Part shown: in pieces, positions 1-10,157 of the stretch
Layout of the letters: each line of letters begins with the position of its first letter
How positions within the stretch are numbered: position 1 is the stretch's first letter
Source of the DNA: Candidatus Zixiibacteriota bacterium
GTDB taxonomy: Bacteria; RBG-13-66-14; B26-G2; WVWN01
DNA: 64,000 nucleotides
Direction of reading: 5' to 3'
NCBI GenBank assembly: GCA_050117845.1
Contig: JASFLY010000012.1
Location: forward strand, 1 to 64,000
The notes under the pieces: model-generated
What the model was told of the DNA's origin: nothing
The model's database searches: none
What the model saw: only the letters and a program-made list of their open reading frames with translations
Position numbers and translations under genes: made by a program

Positions 1-413
1 CCCCCTACGAGTTCGTCGACGGGAACGCGACGGCGGGGGCCGAGTACGAGTACCTGCTCGAGGGCGTGGACCTCACCGGCGGCACGGCCACCTTCGGGCC
101 GACGGTGGGACGGGCCCCGGGACGGATGGCCCCCCGGGCCATGGCCCTCTATCAGAACCGGCCCAACCCGGCCCGCGGCGTGACGACGATAACGTTCGAC
201 GTGGCCGAGGCCGGGAACGCCTCCGTCGAGGTCTTCGACCTCGCGGGTCGGCGCGTACGCACGCTCTACGACGGCCCGGCCGACGCGGGCGCGCACGAGA
301 TTAGCTGGAACCTGGCCGACGACGCGGGCCGGCCCGTACCCCCGGGCGTTTACCTGTACCGGCTCGAGAGCGCCGGCGAGACTACCTGCCGCCGGTTGGT
401 CGCGGCCTATTAA
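1..413 (+). CDS. 3' end of a secreted protein with an Ig/Fn3-like module and a C-terminal FlgD-Ig/T9SS type-A-like sorting domain (5'-truncated by the window edge)
   Basis: Frame is open from position 3 (PYEFVDG...YLLEGVDLTG). Motifs LYQNRPNP, VFDLAGRRVRTL, WNLADDAGRPVPPGVYLYRL. Confidence 0.85.
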   Translation, partial: PYEFVDGNATAGAEYEYLLEGVDLTGGTATFGPTVGRAPGRMAPRAMALYQNRPNPARGVTTITFDVAEAGNASVEVFDLAGRRVRTLYDGPADAGAHEISWNLADDAGRPVPPGVYLYRLESAGETTCRRLVAAY

Positions 414-433
414 TAACAACGTCAACGACGCGA

Positions 434-474
434 GAAGGACCGGTCCCCACCCCCGCCCCAGGCGCCGGTCCTTC
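434..474. terminator. Inverted repeat, possible terminator or processing stem
   Basis: GAAGGACCGG (434-443) pairs with CCGGTCCTTC (465-474). Long loop and no U-tract. Confidence 0.35.
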
Positions 475-520
475 CCGATAATTAATCGTTCTTTGCCTCG
501 TCGCAGGAGGTTCGTCGAGA

Positions 521-1432
521 ATGGGTCTATTCAATAAAGCCATCGTGGCGACGATGCCGCTCGTTCCCCGGCCGCTTGTCCGCTACTTCGCCGGCCGCTA
601 TATCGCCGGCGATAAACTTGAGGACGCCGTCCGCATTACCCAGGCGCTCAACCGACACGGTATCTGCGCCACGATAGACGTCCTGGGCGAAGAGGTCCAT
701 ACCCGCGAGGAGGCCCGCAAGGCCGTGGAGGATTACAAGGAAGTCCTCGCCGCCGTCGACGCCTCCCGCCTGGATTCGAACGTATCCGTCAAGCCGACGA
801 TGTTCGGCCTTAAAATCGACACGGCCTTCTGCCGCGACAACATCGCCGAGGTCTGTGCGGCGGCGAAGCGCTACGGCAACTTCGTCCGCGTCGACATGGA
901 GGACTCTTCCTGCACGACGGACACGCTCGAACTCCACCGGGACCTCCGGGCCGAATTCGGCAACGTCGGCACCGTCATTCAGTCGTATATGCGCCGCAGC
1001 CTGGCCGATTGCGAGGAACTCGCCCGGGAGGAAGCGAATATACGCCTATGCAAGGGCATCTACGACGAACCCCGCGCCGTCGCGTTTAAAGAGAAAAGTA
1101 TCGTGGACGCCAACTTCGGCCTCCTGCTCGACGTCCTGTTGGGCGGCGGGAGTTACGTCGGCATCGCGACCCACGACGAGAAGATGGTCTGGGAAGGCCT
1201 GCGGGCTATCCATAAGTTCGGCCTGAAACCGGACCAATACGAATTCCAGATGCTCCTCGGCATCGACGCCGACCTGCGTGACATCATAGTCGCCGGCGGC
1301 CACCGCCTTCGGATGTACGTCCCCTTCGGAACGCAGTGGTACCCCTACTCCACGCGCCGCCTGAAGGAGAACCCCCAGCTCGCGGGCTCCATATTCCGCA
1401 ATATCTTCAGACCTTACAGGTTGGAAGAATGA
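521..1432 (+). CDS. Monofunctional proline dehydrogenase
   Basis: RYIAG, D.LGE, SVKPT, VDMED, RLCKGIY, IATHD, EFQMLLG, YVPFG..WYPY..RRL.E motifs. RBS AGGAGG. Confidence 0.95.
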   Translation: MGLFNKAIVATMPLVPRPLVRYFAGRYIAGDKLEDAVRITQALNRHGICATIDVLGEEVHTREEARKAVEDYKEVLAAVDASRLDSNVSVKPTMFGLKIDTAFCRDNIAEVCAAAKRYGNFVRVDMEDSSCTTDTLELHRDLRAEFGNVGTVIQSYMRRSLADCEELAREEANIRLCKGIYDEPRAVAFKEKSIVDANFGLLLDVLLGGGSYVGIATHDEKMVWEGLRAIHKFGLKPDQYEFQMLLGIDADLRDIIVAGGHRLRMYVPFGTQWYPYSTRRLKENPQLAGSIFRNIFRPYRLEE

Positions 1433-2043
1433 AACTCCTCGCCTTAGCACTTGTCTTCGCCTCGGGCCTGGCCGGCTACGCCGCGGACCTCTCGGCCTTC
1501 GGCTACGAACCCTTAGCCGACGACGTCACCGGCGCCCGGATGTGGCTGCCGACGGGCTACACGACCGAACTTAAAGAGGCCGCCGAGACGCTCATCCCCG
1601 TACGGCTATGCCCCGACATCTCCTGGGAGGAGGGCGAACTCGCGGGCCTCGGCGTACGGTTGATGGGCGTCGTTTTACTGCCCGAGAACGGCGGGAAGGC
1701 CGAACAGTTGATGGTGATTTTCGAGAACAAAACGTACAAATTGGAAAACCTCGTCCCGCCCGAGGAGCGGGAACTCTCCGCCGAGCGGTTGGCGGAGTTC
1801 GGCCCCCTCGCCGTGGAAGGCCGCGTGGGCCGCTACGAATACGAGGCCGCAGGGGGCATCCCCTTCGCAAGCGTAATCCATTACATCAACGCCGGCGTGT
1901 ACGTTTACGCCTTCGTGGTCAAGTGGCCCCGGGCCAACGCCGCCGCCGAAGAGGCGGCTGAGCGCATCGTTACCGGTTTCTCGCTCGAGGAACCCGGCAC
2001 GGCCGACGCCGCCCCCCCGTCTCCCCCGCCCGACGTCGATTAA
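1429..2043 (+). CDS. Hypothetical exported protein
   Basis: Start re-called at ATG 1429 (ATGA overlap with the PRODH stop), which gives the signal peptide MKLLALALVFASGLAGYA. Confidence 0.7.
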   Translation: MKLLALALVFASGLAGYAADLSAFGYEPLADDVTGARMWLPTGYTTELKEAAETLIPVRLCPDISWEEGELAGLGVRLMGVVLLPENGGKAEQLMVIFENKTYKLENLVPPEERELSAERLAEFGPLAVEGRVGRYEYEAAGGIPFASVIHYINAGVYVYAFVVKWPRANAAAEEAAERIVTGFSLEEPGTADAAPPSPPPDVD

Positions 2044-2047
2044 TTCC

Positions 2048-2076
2048 TTGCCGCCGGGCGCGCGCCGTGCTAACTT
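2048..2076 (+). promoter_or_regulatory. Putative sigma70 promoter of the permease-porin pair
   Basis: TTGCCG-17 bp-TAACTT with TG extension. Confidence 0.45.
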
Positions 2077-2109
2077 AATCCAAATTATCTCCCGGAGGTT
2101 GGTCGCCCC

Positions 2110-3678
2110 ATGTCGTGGCTCGCCGTGCTGCTGGCGGTCTCGCCGGTCGTTATAATATTCGTTCTCATAGCTTTTCTCAAACGCGCCGCTGATACGGCGG
2201 GCGTGCTGGGCTGGCTCTTCACGCTCGGCGTCGCGATTATTTACTTCAAAACCTCGCCCGGCGTCTGCCTGAAGGCGAGCGCCGCCGGCGTCGTAGCCTC
2301 GCTGCCCATCTCGCTGATGGTCGCGGCCTCGCTCTTCCAGATGGGCATAATGCTGGAGTGCGGCGCCGTGGCCCGGCTGGTCGCGACGCTCAAGGGGCTG
2401 GCCCGGGACGACCGCGTCGCGCAGATACTCATAATCAACGTCGGCTTCGGGACGCTGCTCACGGCGCTGGGGGCGACGCCGGTATCCATCCTCCCGCCCA
2501 TCATGATAGCGTTGGGCTACTCGTCCTTCGTCGCGATCGCCTTGCCGGCCATCGGCTACGACGCGCTCTGCACGTACGCGCTCCTCGGCATCCCGGTGGT
2601 GGTCTTCGGCTCCTTCACCGGCATGGACCCCAACGAGGGAGGCCGCTTCTTCGCCCGCTACATGCCGCTCATATCCACGGCCATCGCCTTCGGCATGCTC
2701 TACCTCGTCGGCAAGTTCAAGCTAATGCTCAAGGGGGCCGTCCCGACGCTGCTGGCGGGCCTGACCGCGGGTTTCGTGGCCATCGGCATGAACCGGCTGG
2801 GCATGACGACGCTCACCGGCGTCGGCGCCGGGGCCGCGGTCGTCGTCGTCATGGGGGCGTACGTCCTCATCCGCGGCCGGAAGATATACGACGCCGGAAC
2901 GCCCGACGAGGCCGACGCGTCCGCCCGCAAACGGATGTCTCTCGCCGCGGCCATCTCGCCCTGGCTCATACTCGTCGGCGTGGCGGCCATAACCAACACC
3001 CCCGCGCTGCCTGTCTTCGACTTCCTATTCAAGCGTCTCGCGTTGCCGGTGGAGATAATCCCCGGCGCGCCGATAAGCACGCGCTTTTTCTGGCAGGCGT
3101 ACTTCTGGGTCACGGTCACGACCTTCCTGGCGCTACCCTTCCTACGACCCACCGGCGCGGAGTTCACACGGGCGACGAAAAAGTGGGCCCGGAGGGCGTG
3201 GCGGCCGGTCCTGGCGGCGGCGGTGTACTTCGCCATCGCGTACGTCATAAACCACTCCGGCAAGGTCGGCGGAGCGGCCGGGTGGGAACTCCCGGTGCCG
3301 GGCCACAACATGGTCTACGTGCTGGCGCACGCGGCGGCCTCTACCTTCGGCGACCTTTACGGCCTCGTCGCTCCCTTCCTGGGTCTTTTGGGCGGATTCA
3401 TCTCCGGATCGGAGACGTCGTCCATCGCTATGCTGACGCAGCTCCACCTGGACACGGCCGAGGTTGCCGGGAAGATCCGAACGGTGGGATTGGTCTGGGC
3501 TGCGGCCTCGGGTATCGGCGGCGGCCTGGCGTCGGTCATAAGCCCGGCCAAGCTTCAGAACGCCGCGGCCATCATTGACGCCATCGGCGAGGAGAGTAAC
3601 GTCCTCCGCAAGACGGTCCTAATATCGCTAACCATAACCGCGCTCTGTGCGATACTAACGCTTATTTGGACGCTATAA
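2110..3678 (+). CDS. L-lactate permease (LctP family)
   Basis: Multi-pass hydrophobic protein with APFLGLLGGFISGSETSS and GGGLASVISPAKL motifs. Confidence 0.85.
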   Translation: MSWLAVLLAVSPVVIIFVLIAFLKRAADTAGVLGWLFTLGVAIIYFKTSPGVCLKASAAGVVASLPISLMVAASLFQMGIMLECGAVARLVATLKGLARDDRVAQILIINVGFGTLLTALGATPVSILPPIMIALGYSSFVAIALPAIGYDALCTYALLGIPVVVFGSFTGMDPNEGGRFFARYMPLISTAIAFGMLYLVGKFKLMLKGAVPTLLAGLTAGFVAIGMNRLGMTTLTGVGAGAAVVVVMGAYVLIRGRKIYDAGTPDEADASARKRMSLAAAISPWLILVGVAAITNTPALPVFDFLFKRLALPVEIIPGAPISTRFFWQAYFWVTVTTFLALPFLRPTGAEFTRATKKWARRAWRPVLAAAVYFAIAYVINHSGKVGGAAGWELPVPGHNMVYVLAHAAASTFGDLYGLVAPFLGLLGGFISGSETSSIAMLTQLHLDTAEVAGKIRTVGLVWAAASGIGGGLASVISPAKLQNAAAIIDAIGEESNVLRKTVLISLTITALCAILTLIWTL

Positions 3679-3693
3679 GGAGAACCCAAAAAC

Positions 3694-4746
3694 ATGATTC
3701 GTAAAATTACGGTCCTGGCGCTGCTGCTCGGCGCCGCGTACGTACCGGCGCTGGCCGACTACGAAGTCGTAACCTCCACCCACGGCAACCTCATCCTGTC
3801 GGGTTACGCCATCGGGCGCTACACTTATGTGCAAGGCGACCCGGAGGTCCCGGGCAACGAGGCTACCAGCACCTTCAGCCTCCGCTCCGCCAGCCTCATC
3901 TTTCACGGCGACATCTTCAAGTACGCCGGCTATTGCATACTCGTCGACGGCGTTGCCTCCCCCGCGCTTATAGACGGTTTCGGTACGCTGAACGTCATCC
4001 CCAATACGGAATTCAAGATGGGCCAGTTCCTGGTGCCTTTCAGCCGGGAATCCTGCACGTCGACGTCGAAACTCCTCCTTATAGACCGGACGGCGGTCTC
4101 TACGGCCATAGCGCCGCCGCTGGGCCGGGACGTCGGCGCCCAGTTCGAGTACTCCTTAAAGCCGGAAGGGAAACCGTACTGGGGGGCGTTCGCCCTCGCG
4201 GGGATCAACGGCGCGGGGCCTAACACGGCCGACGACAACCGAGCCAAAGACGTTGCGCTCCGCGTTATGGGAAATCCCTGTCCTTGGGAAGACTTCGCTC
4301 CGCTGACGCTGGAAGGGTATTACTATTTCGGCAGGCCGGAACTCGGCATGGGCGTCGACGCGACGGGGCGCCGCTACGGCGTGGCCGCCGCGTTCGACCA
4401 CGAACGCTTCACCGTACAGACGGAGTATCTGGGCCGGGAGGTTACGGTCGATTTCGCAGGAGTGGAGACGTCCATATCCGCCGGCGGCTATTACCTGCAA
4501 GCGAGCTACAAACACCCGCTGCCGTGGGAGTGGCTGCAAATCGTCGAGCCCGCCGCCCGTTTCGAGAGTTTCGACCCGAACGACAGCCAACCGGACGACG
4601 GCGTGGGCGCCATTACCGGCGGCGTCAACCTTCACTTCGACCCCGGCCACCACTGCAAATTCATGGCGAACTACGAACGCGTCACGGAAGAGGGGCCGGA
4701 CGTGGACAACGACGTCATTTCGGGGCAGTTCCAGATCCGGTTTTAA
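3694..4746 (+). CDS. Outer-membrane porin (OprO/OprP-like)
   Basis: Signal peptide, GQFLVPFS and GRDVG motifs, alternating beta-strands, C-terminal QFQIRF. Confidence 0.8.
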   Translation: MIRKITVLALLLGAAYVPALADYEVVTSTHGNLILSGYAIGRYTYVQGDPEVPGNEATSTFSLRSASLIFHGDIFKYAGYCILVDGVASPALIDGFGTLNVIPNTEFKMGQFLVPFSRESCTSTSKLLLIDRTAVSTAIAPPLGRDVGAQFEYSLKPEGKPYWGAFALAGINGAGPNTADDNRAKDVALRVMGNPCPWEDFAPLTLEGYYYFGRPELGMGVDATGRRYGVAAAFDHERFTVQTEYLGREVTVDFAGVETSISAGGYYLQASYKHPLPWEWLQIVEPAARFESFDPNDSQPDDGVGAITGGVNLHFDPGHHCKFMANYERVTEEGPDVDNDVISGQFQIRF

Positions 4747-4771
4747 TAATAAGGTATTATCGAAAAGAATC

Positions 4772-4800
4772 AGCCGCCCGGCCGGGCGGCTTTTTATTTA
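4772..4800 (+). terminator. Rho-independent terminator
   Basis: GC-rich inverted repeat AGCCGCCCG/CGGGCGGCT followed by a T-rich tract, between convergent genes. Confidence 0.75.
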
Positions 4801-4824
4801 TCCCGCGCGGCGTCGCCGGTCCGA

Positions 4825-6624
4825 TTAAAAGTAGTACCAGATCGACTCGTACTCGCGGACGTTCTCGCCGCGGCCGCGGAGCATATTGAGAAAGTCGTAA
4901 ACCGAGACGTCGGCCTCGACGTACGCTTCCTCCGGCGTGATGTTCTTCTCCCAGGGCTGGAACTCGTATACGCGGCGGCCGTCGGGCAGTACGGATATGA
5001 CGCGGTGGTGCTGCCAGGCGATGACGTTGTGTTTGCCCAGCCGGGGGATGTTGTAGACCGGCGCGTCGGTCCGGACGACGCCCGACTGCAGGCGGGCCTC
5101 CTCCTTGCGCTCCTGCTCGAGCCGGGCCAGCGGGACGCGGTAGACGTCGAGTTCCTCCTTGGCCTTGGCGTTGAATAGGTAATAGGGGTCGACGCCGATG
5201 CGCCGCAGGTCGAAGCGGAGTTTGCACATCTCGAAACGGCGGCAGTTGGCGTACGTGAACACGGCCTGGTTGTACACGTTCACGCCTCGGCGCTTGAAAC
5301 GGCGCACGGCCCGCGTGGCCTCGGGCGTTATCTCGGCGGAGTGCTCGAAATGGGTCACGACCACCACCTCGCGCCGGGCGGGCTCGTTATAGTGAGCGAC
5401 GAGGTCGGCGAGGTCCTGGGTAACACGCATGGGCGCGACGACGAGGGCGCGGGTCCCCAGTCGCACCCGTTGGATGGAATCCATCCGCGCCAGACGCCCG
5501 AGGATGTATTCGATGCGGTCGTCGCTGAGGGCGAGCGGATCGCCGCCGGTCACGAGGACCTCGTTTATGGCGGGCGTCCGGGAGAGCCAATCGAGGGCGG
5601 CGTCCAATTTCCGCCTCGGAACGGCGGCCGCGCCGTCGCCCGTCCCCGTAATCTCCCAGTTGCGCTGGCAGTAGACGCACACCTGGAAACACCCGCTGTA
5701 CGGCTTGAGGATCGCGATGGTCGGGTAACGCCGGGTCACGAGGTCCACAGGAGAGGTGTCGCGCTCCAGCATAAAATCGCACGCGAACTCGCGCCGCCCC
5801 CGGAAACGGACCATGCGTTCGACGTATTCCAGCGGCGGTATGACCTGGGCCCGCGTAGCATGCACTTTCCAGTCGGAAAGGCGGCGCCGCAAGAGGGAGG
5901 CGTAATAGGGAGTGATGCCGAAAGGTATACCCTTCTCGGCGCAGAGGTCGACCGCCTTCGCTTCGTCTCGCGAAAGGGTAATGATCTGACCGAGGGTTTT
6001 GCGGTCCTTTATCGCCTTGCGAAATTGCCAGTGCCAATCGTTCCAGTCGTCTTCGGTGGCGTCCAGCAGTTTGCGTATCCGTTTCGCGTTTCGGCGCCGC
6101 TCGGCGACCAGTGGCTCGTCCAGGCCGGAGGGATAGCGGTCGAGGCCCCGCTGCAGCGTCCCCGCCAACTCGTCCAGTTCGCGTGAACGCAGGAGCGCGG
6201 CCTGCCGGCCCGAAGCGCGGGAATAAGCCGGGAGTTCCTTTCCCTTGTATATCGGCGAGCGTCCCGTTATCCCGAGGAACATATACCGGAATTCCTCGAA
6301 GAAGCCGGGAGACAATTTCCTTCGGCGGTGGGAATACTTGCCGCGGGCCAACTCCCACAGCGTCCTGAGGGAGCTGTATTTAGCGGCTTTTTCGAAATAG
6401 GAGGAGAAGATGTTGCGCAGGACGTCTACGCAGTCCTCGACAACTTCCATTTCCCAACGGGGAAGGTCGACGTCCGCGCTACGGATACGCCGCTTGTGGC
6501 CGGCGAGGTACTCCATAACGGCTTTGCGCGCCTCCTCGAGCGTACGCGCACGCCGAAGGACCTCCTTCATCTCGGGGGCCGCGGCCCACATGCGCCGCTC
6601 GAATTTCGTATCGCCCCCCGCCAT
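4825..6624 (-). CDS. KamA-family radical SAM aminomutase-like protein, long form
   Basis: DWNDWHWQF, ITPYYA, CFQVCVYC (CxxxCxxC), TGGDPL, IPRLGK (PLP-Lys region). ATG at 6624 has RBS AGGAGG. Confidence 0.9.
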   Translation of the reverse strand: MAGGDTKFERRMWAAAPEMKEVLRRARTLEEARKAVMEYLAGHKRRIRSADVDLPRWEMEVVEDCVDVLRNIFSSYFEKAAKYSSLRTLWELARGKYSHRRRKLSPGFFEEFRYMFLGITGRSPIYKGKELPAYSRASGRQAALLRSRELDELAGTLQRGLDRYPSGLDEPLVAERRRNAKRIRKLLDATEDDWNDWHWQFRKAIKDRKTLGQIITLSRDEAKAVDLCAEKGIPFGITPYYASLLRRRLSDWKVHATRAQVIPPLEYVERMVRFRGRREFACDFMLERDTSPVDLVTRRYPTIAILKPYSGCFQVCVYCQRNWEITGTGDGAAAVPRRKLDAALDWLSRTPAINEVLVTGGDPLALSDDRIEYILGRLARMDSIQRVRLGTRALVVAPMRVTQDLADLVAHYNEPARREVVVVTHFEHSAEITPEATRAVRRFKRRGVNVYNQAVFTYANCRRFEMCKLRFDLRRIGVDPYYLFNAKAKEELDVYRVPLARLEQERKEEARLQSGVVRTDAPVYNIPRLGKHNVIAWQHHRVISVLPDGRRVYEFQPWEKNITPEEAYVEADVSVYDFLNMLRGRGENVREYESIWYYF

Positions 6625-6772
6625 ATATCCTCCTTTCCGCCAGTCGTCCAAGGCCGTTCCGGAGGCGGCGACTCCGGCAAAATCCGCACGTTTATAATAT
6701 CATAAACTCCATTTGACCGGAAGGGAAGGTCGCCGCTTCCAGCCGACGGCCCCTCCCGCCCGGAGATTTACC

Positions 6773-6801
6773 TTGCGACGCGGCGCCTTTGGTGTTAGTA
6801 T
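6773..6801 (+). promoter_or_regulatory. Putative sigma70 promoter
   Basis: TTGCGA-17 bp-TAGTAT with TG extension. Confidence 0.5.
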
Positions 6802-6889
6802 CACTGTTCCGAACTCCTTTCACACCATAAAATAAAGACGCTCGAACCCGGGGCCGCCGGCCCGACGGGTATTTGCAGGAGGACTACCG

Positions 6890-8422
6890 ATGGCGGTAAC
6901 TCTCGACGGCAAATCGCTAACTATAGAAAAAATCGTGGATGTCGCCCGCAACCGCGAAACGGTCGACGTCGCCGAAGAAGCGTGGGAACGGATACGGAAA
7001 TGCCGGGCCATGCTCGACGACAAAGTCGAAAAACGCGAAGTCATGTACGGCGTTACGACCGGCATCGGCGAACTGTCGGAGGTAGTACTCACGCCGGAGC
7101 AGACCGAGAAGTTCCAGCGCTACCTCGTATACTCGCACTCCGCCGGCTGCGGCGAGCCGTTCGACGAGGAAGCCGTCCGCGCGGCCATGACGAGCCGCGT
7201 AAACTGCCATTGCAAGGGCCTATCGGGCCTCAGGCCGCTGGTGGACGAGACGTTCCTGGGGATGCTCAACAAGGGCGTCACGCCGGTCGTCTTCCAGCAC
7301 GGCTCGGTGGGAGCCTCCGGCGACCTCTCGCCGATGAGTCAGATAGCGCTCGTGCTAATCGGCGAGGGCGAGGCGTTTTACGAGGGCAAGCGGATGGGCG
7401 GCAAGGAAGCGATGGACGCGGCCGGCGTCCCGACCATCGTATTCGAGGCCCGCGACGGCCTGGCCGCCATCAACGGCTCGAACGTCATCGCCGGCCTGGG
7501 CTCGATCGAGATATTCGACTCCTACCGCTGGCTCAAGACGCAGGAAGTCATCGCCGCCATGACCTTCGAGGTGCTGAACCTCACGACGCTCTGCCTCGAC
7601 GAACGCCTGCATAAGGCGCGCGGCTACCCGGGCGCGGTCACCTGCGCCGCCAATCTCCGCCGCCTGGTGGACGGTTCCGAGATGCTCATCCCCGGAAAGA
7701 TAGGCAAAAAGAAAGTACAGAACGCCTACAGCCTGCGGTCCACGCCGCAAGTGGCCGGTTCCGCCAAGGACGCCTTCGACTGGGGCCGTCAGATGTTCGA
7801 GATAGAGATAAACGGCGCCGGCGACAACCCGCTCTTCTTTCCCGACGACGACGAGGTCATCACCGGGGCCAACTTCCAGGGGACGCCGCTGGCCTTCGCG
7901 CTCGAGCTCGCCGGGACCGCCGTCACGACGGTCTGCGTGCTGTCCGAACGCCGCCTCAATCGCCTGATGAATCCCAACCTGAACGAGGGCCTTCCGGCCT
8001 TCCTGATTCACGGCGCCGGTATGTTCAGCGGCCTTATGCTCACGCAGTACACCGCGGGCATGCTCGTCAACGAGAACCGGATCCTCTCCCACCCGGCGGC
8101 CGTGGGCTCCATCCCCGCCGCGGCCGACCAGGAGGACTTCGTCTCCATGGGCATGAACACCGCCCTCAAGACCAAACAGATAATTCGCAACGCGTGGTAC
8201 ATAATCGCGATAGAACTCATCGCCGCGTGCCAGGCGATGGACCACCGCCGCCCCCTCAAGGGCAGCCCGGCCGCCGAGGCCGTATACGAGTTGATACGCC
8301 GGCACGTCGCCTTCATGGAAGAGGACCGGCCCACGCAGTACGACATCAACCGCGTCGCCGAACTCGTGAAATCGGGCGAGGTACTCGAAGCCGCGGAGAA
8401 GGTCGTAGGGGCGTTGGCGTAA
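6890..8422 (+). CDS. MIO-dependent aromatic amino acid ammonia-lyase (histidine ammonia-lyase-like)
   Basis: YGVTTGIG, GSVGASGDL (ASG triad forming MIO), DNPL, QEDFVSMG. The SH motif and QED Glu are HAL-like. Confidence 0.9.
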   Translation: MAVTLDGKSLTIEKIVDVARNRETVDVAEEAWERIRKCRAMLDDKVEKREVMYGVTTGIGELSEVVLTPEQTEKFQRYLVYSHSAGCGEPFDEEAVRAAMTSRVNCHCKGLSGLRPLVDETFLGMLNKGVTPVVFQHGSVGASGDLSPMSQIALVLIGEGEAFYEGKRMGGKEAMDAAGVPTIVFEARDGLAAINGSNVIAGLGSIEIFDSYRWLKTQEVIAAMTFEVLNLTTLCLDERLHKARGYPGAVTCAANLRRLVDGSEMLIPGKIGKKKVQNAYSLRSTPQVAGSAKDAFDWGRQMFEIEINGAGDNPLFFPDDDEVITGANFQGTPLAFALELAGTAVTTVCVLSERRLNRLMNPNLNEGLPAFLIHGAGMFSGLMLTQYTAGMLVNENRILSHPAAVGSIPAAADQEDFVSMGMNTALKTKQIIRNAWYIIAIELIAACQAMDHRRPLKGSPAAEAVYELIRRHVAFMEEDRPTQYDINRVAELVKSGEVLEAAEKVVGALA

Positions 8423-8438
8423 ACCCGTAACCGGAAGC

Positions 8439-8804
8439 ATGGCCGGAAAACCAAAGACCGTCGACGAATACCTGGACGCTCTGGACGACGAAAAGCGGAA
8501 CGCCCTCGAGGCGCTCCGGAAAACCGTCAAGAGCGCGGCGCCGGCGGCGGAAGAGGGTTTCGCGTACGGCGTCCCCGGCTTCCGGTATAAAGGTCAAGTC
8601 CTGGTAACCTTCGCCGCGTTTAAAGGCCACTGCGGCTTTTACCCGATGAGCCCCGACGTCATTGCGGCTTTCGAGGACGAACTGAAGGGCTACGGCACCT
8701 CCCAAGGCACCATCCGCTTCCAGCCGGCCGATCCCCTGCCGGCGGCCCTCGTACGCAGGATAGTGAACGCGCGGATGAAAGAAATCGACGCACACGCCGC
8801 GTAA
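8439..8804 (+). CDS. DUF1801/YdhG-family protein
   Basis: TVDEYL, AEEGFAYGVP, FAAFKGH, GTIRF, LP..LV..IV pattern. Confidence 0.85.
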   Translation: MAGKPKTVDEYLDALDDEKRNALEALRKTVKSAAPAAEEGFAYGVPGFRYKGQVLVTFAAFKGHCGFYPMSPDVIAAFEDELKGYGTSQGTIRFQPADPLPAALVRRIVNARMKEIDAHAA

Positions 8805-8819
8805 AAACTTTTTACTCGT

Positions 8820-10157
8820 ATGAAACCCCTACCCCCCAAAGGAACGCGCGACTACCTGCCGGGCGACGTCGCCGTGCGGGAATCGGCACTCCGCACCATT
8901 CGCGGCGTATTCGAACGCTACGGCTACGCCCCCCTCGAGACGCCGGCCATAGAACGGCTCGACGTCCTTACCGGGAAATACGGCGAGGAGGGCGACCGGC
9001 TGATATTCAAAATCCTGAAGCGCGGCGAGGGCGGCGAACGGGGCGAGGCCGACCTGGGCCTGCGCTACGACCTCACGCTGCCGCTTTCCCGCGTCATGGC
9101 CTCCCACGGCGACATCCCCCAACCGTTCAAACGGTATCAGATTCAGCCGGTGTGGCGGGCCGAGCGGCCGCAAAGAGGCCGCTTCCGCGAATTCCTCCAA
9201 TGCGACGTCGACTGCGTCGGTACGGCCTCGATGCTGGCCGACGCCGAGATGATAACGCTAATCCACGAGGTCTTCGCCGCCCTGGGCCTCCCGGGCTATC
9301 GGATCAGCATCAATCACCGCAAGGTCCTGTCGGCCTTTATGGACGCCGCCGGCGTCGTGGCCGACGTTAAAATCGCCGCCATTCGAGCCATCGACAAGCT
9401 GGATAAAATCGGCCGGGAGAGCCTGGAAGAGGAACTCATCAAGTCGGGAACGACCGGCGACACGGCCAAAAACATCGTTCGGGCCCTACTCGAACGCGAG
9501 AACGGCAGTTTCGAGACCTACGTCGGGGCGGCCCGCCGCGCGGTCGGCGATACGCCCGAGGGGAAGGTCGGCATTGAGGAGATGGAACTCCTGGCCGAAT
9601 ACCTCGGCTACTTCGGCGTGCCGGCCGAGGTCCTCAGTTTCGATCTCCACATGGCCCGCGGCCTGGATTACTATACCGGCCCCATCTTCGAAGCCCTCCT
9701 GCCGGAGGGCGGCGTAGGTTCCCTTGGGGGCGGAGGCCGCTACGACCACCTCATAGAACAACTGGGCGGGCCGGACCTCCCGGCTACCGGCACGTCGCTG
9801 GGCCTGGATCGCATTATAACGGTCCTGCAGGAACGCGCCGCCGGGAGCGAGACGCGCGGCGGTTACGCGGACGTCCTGGTAGCGGTCTTTGACGAGGCCG
9901 TACTTCCGGCGGCCCTGCGCGTCGGCGCGGCCGTACGGACAGCCGGCTTCGACTGCGAAGTTTACCTCGAGCCCGGCGTCAAACTCGCCAAGCAATTCAG
10001 CTACGCCGACGCCAAGGGGATTCCCGCCGTGGTCGTCGTGGGGCCGGACGAGGTGGCACGGGGCGTCGTTCAGGTCAAGGACCTCGCCCGGCGCGAACAG
10101 AAAGAGGTTGCCGAGACGGCGCTGGCCGGCGCCCTCAAGGAGGTCCTGGGGACGTGA
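8820..10157 (+). CDS. hisS: Histidine--tRNA ligase
   Basis: PKGTRD, LRYDLT, WRAERPQRGRFREF.QCD, ARGLDYYTG, GGGRYD. Confidence 0.97.
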   Translation: MKPLPPKGTRDYLPGDVAVRESALRTIRGVFERYGYAPLETPAIERLDVLTGKYGEEGDRLIFKILKRGEGGERGEADLGLRYDLTLPLSRVMASHGDIPQPFKRYQIQPVWRAERPQRGRFREFLQCDVDCVGTASMLADAEMITLIHEVFAALGLPGYRISINHRKVLSAFMDAAGVVADVKIAAIRAIDKLDKIGRESLEEELIKSGTTGDTAKNIVRALLERENGSFETYVGAARRAVGDTPEGKVGIEEMELLAEYLGYFGVPAEVLSFDLHMARGLDYYTGPIFEALLPEGGVGSLGGGGRYDHLIEQLGGPDLPATGTSLGLDRIITVLQERAAGSETRGGYADVLVAVFDEAVLPAALRVGAAVRTAGFDCEVYLEPGVKLAKQFSYADAKGIPAVVVVGPDEVARGVVQVKDLARREQKEVAETALAGALKEVLGT

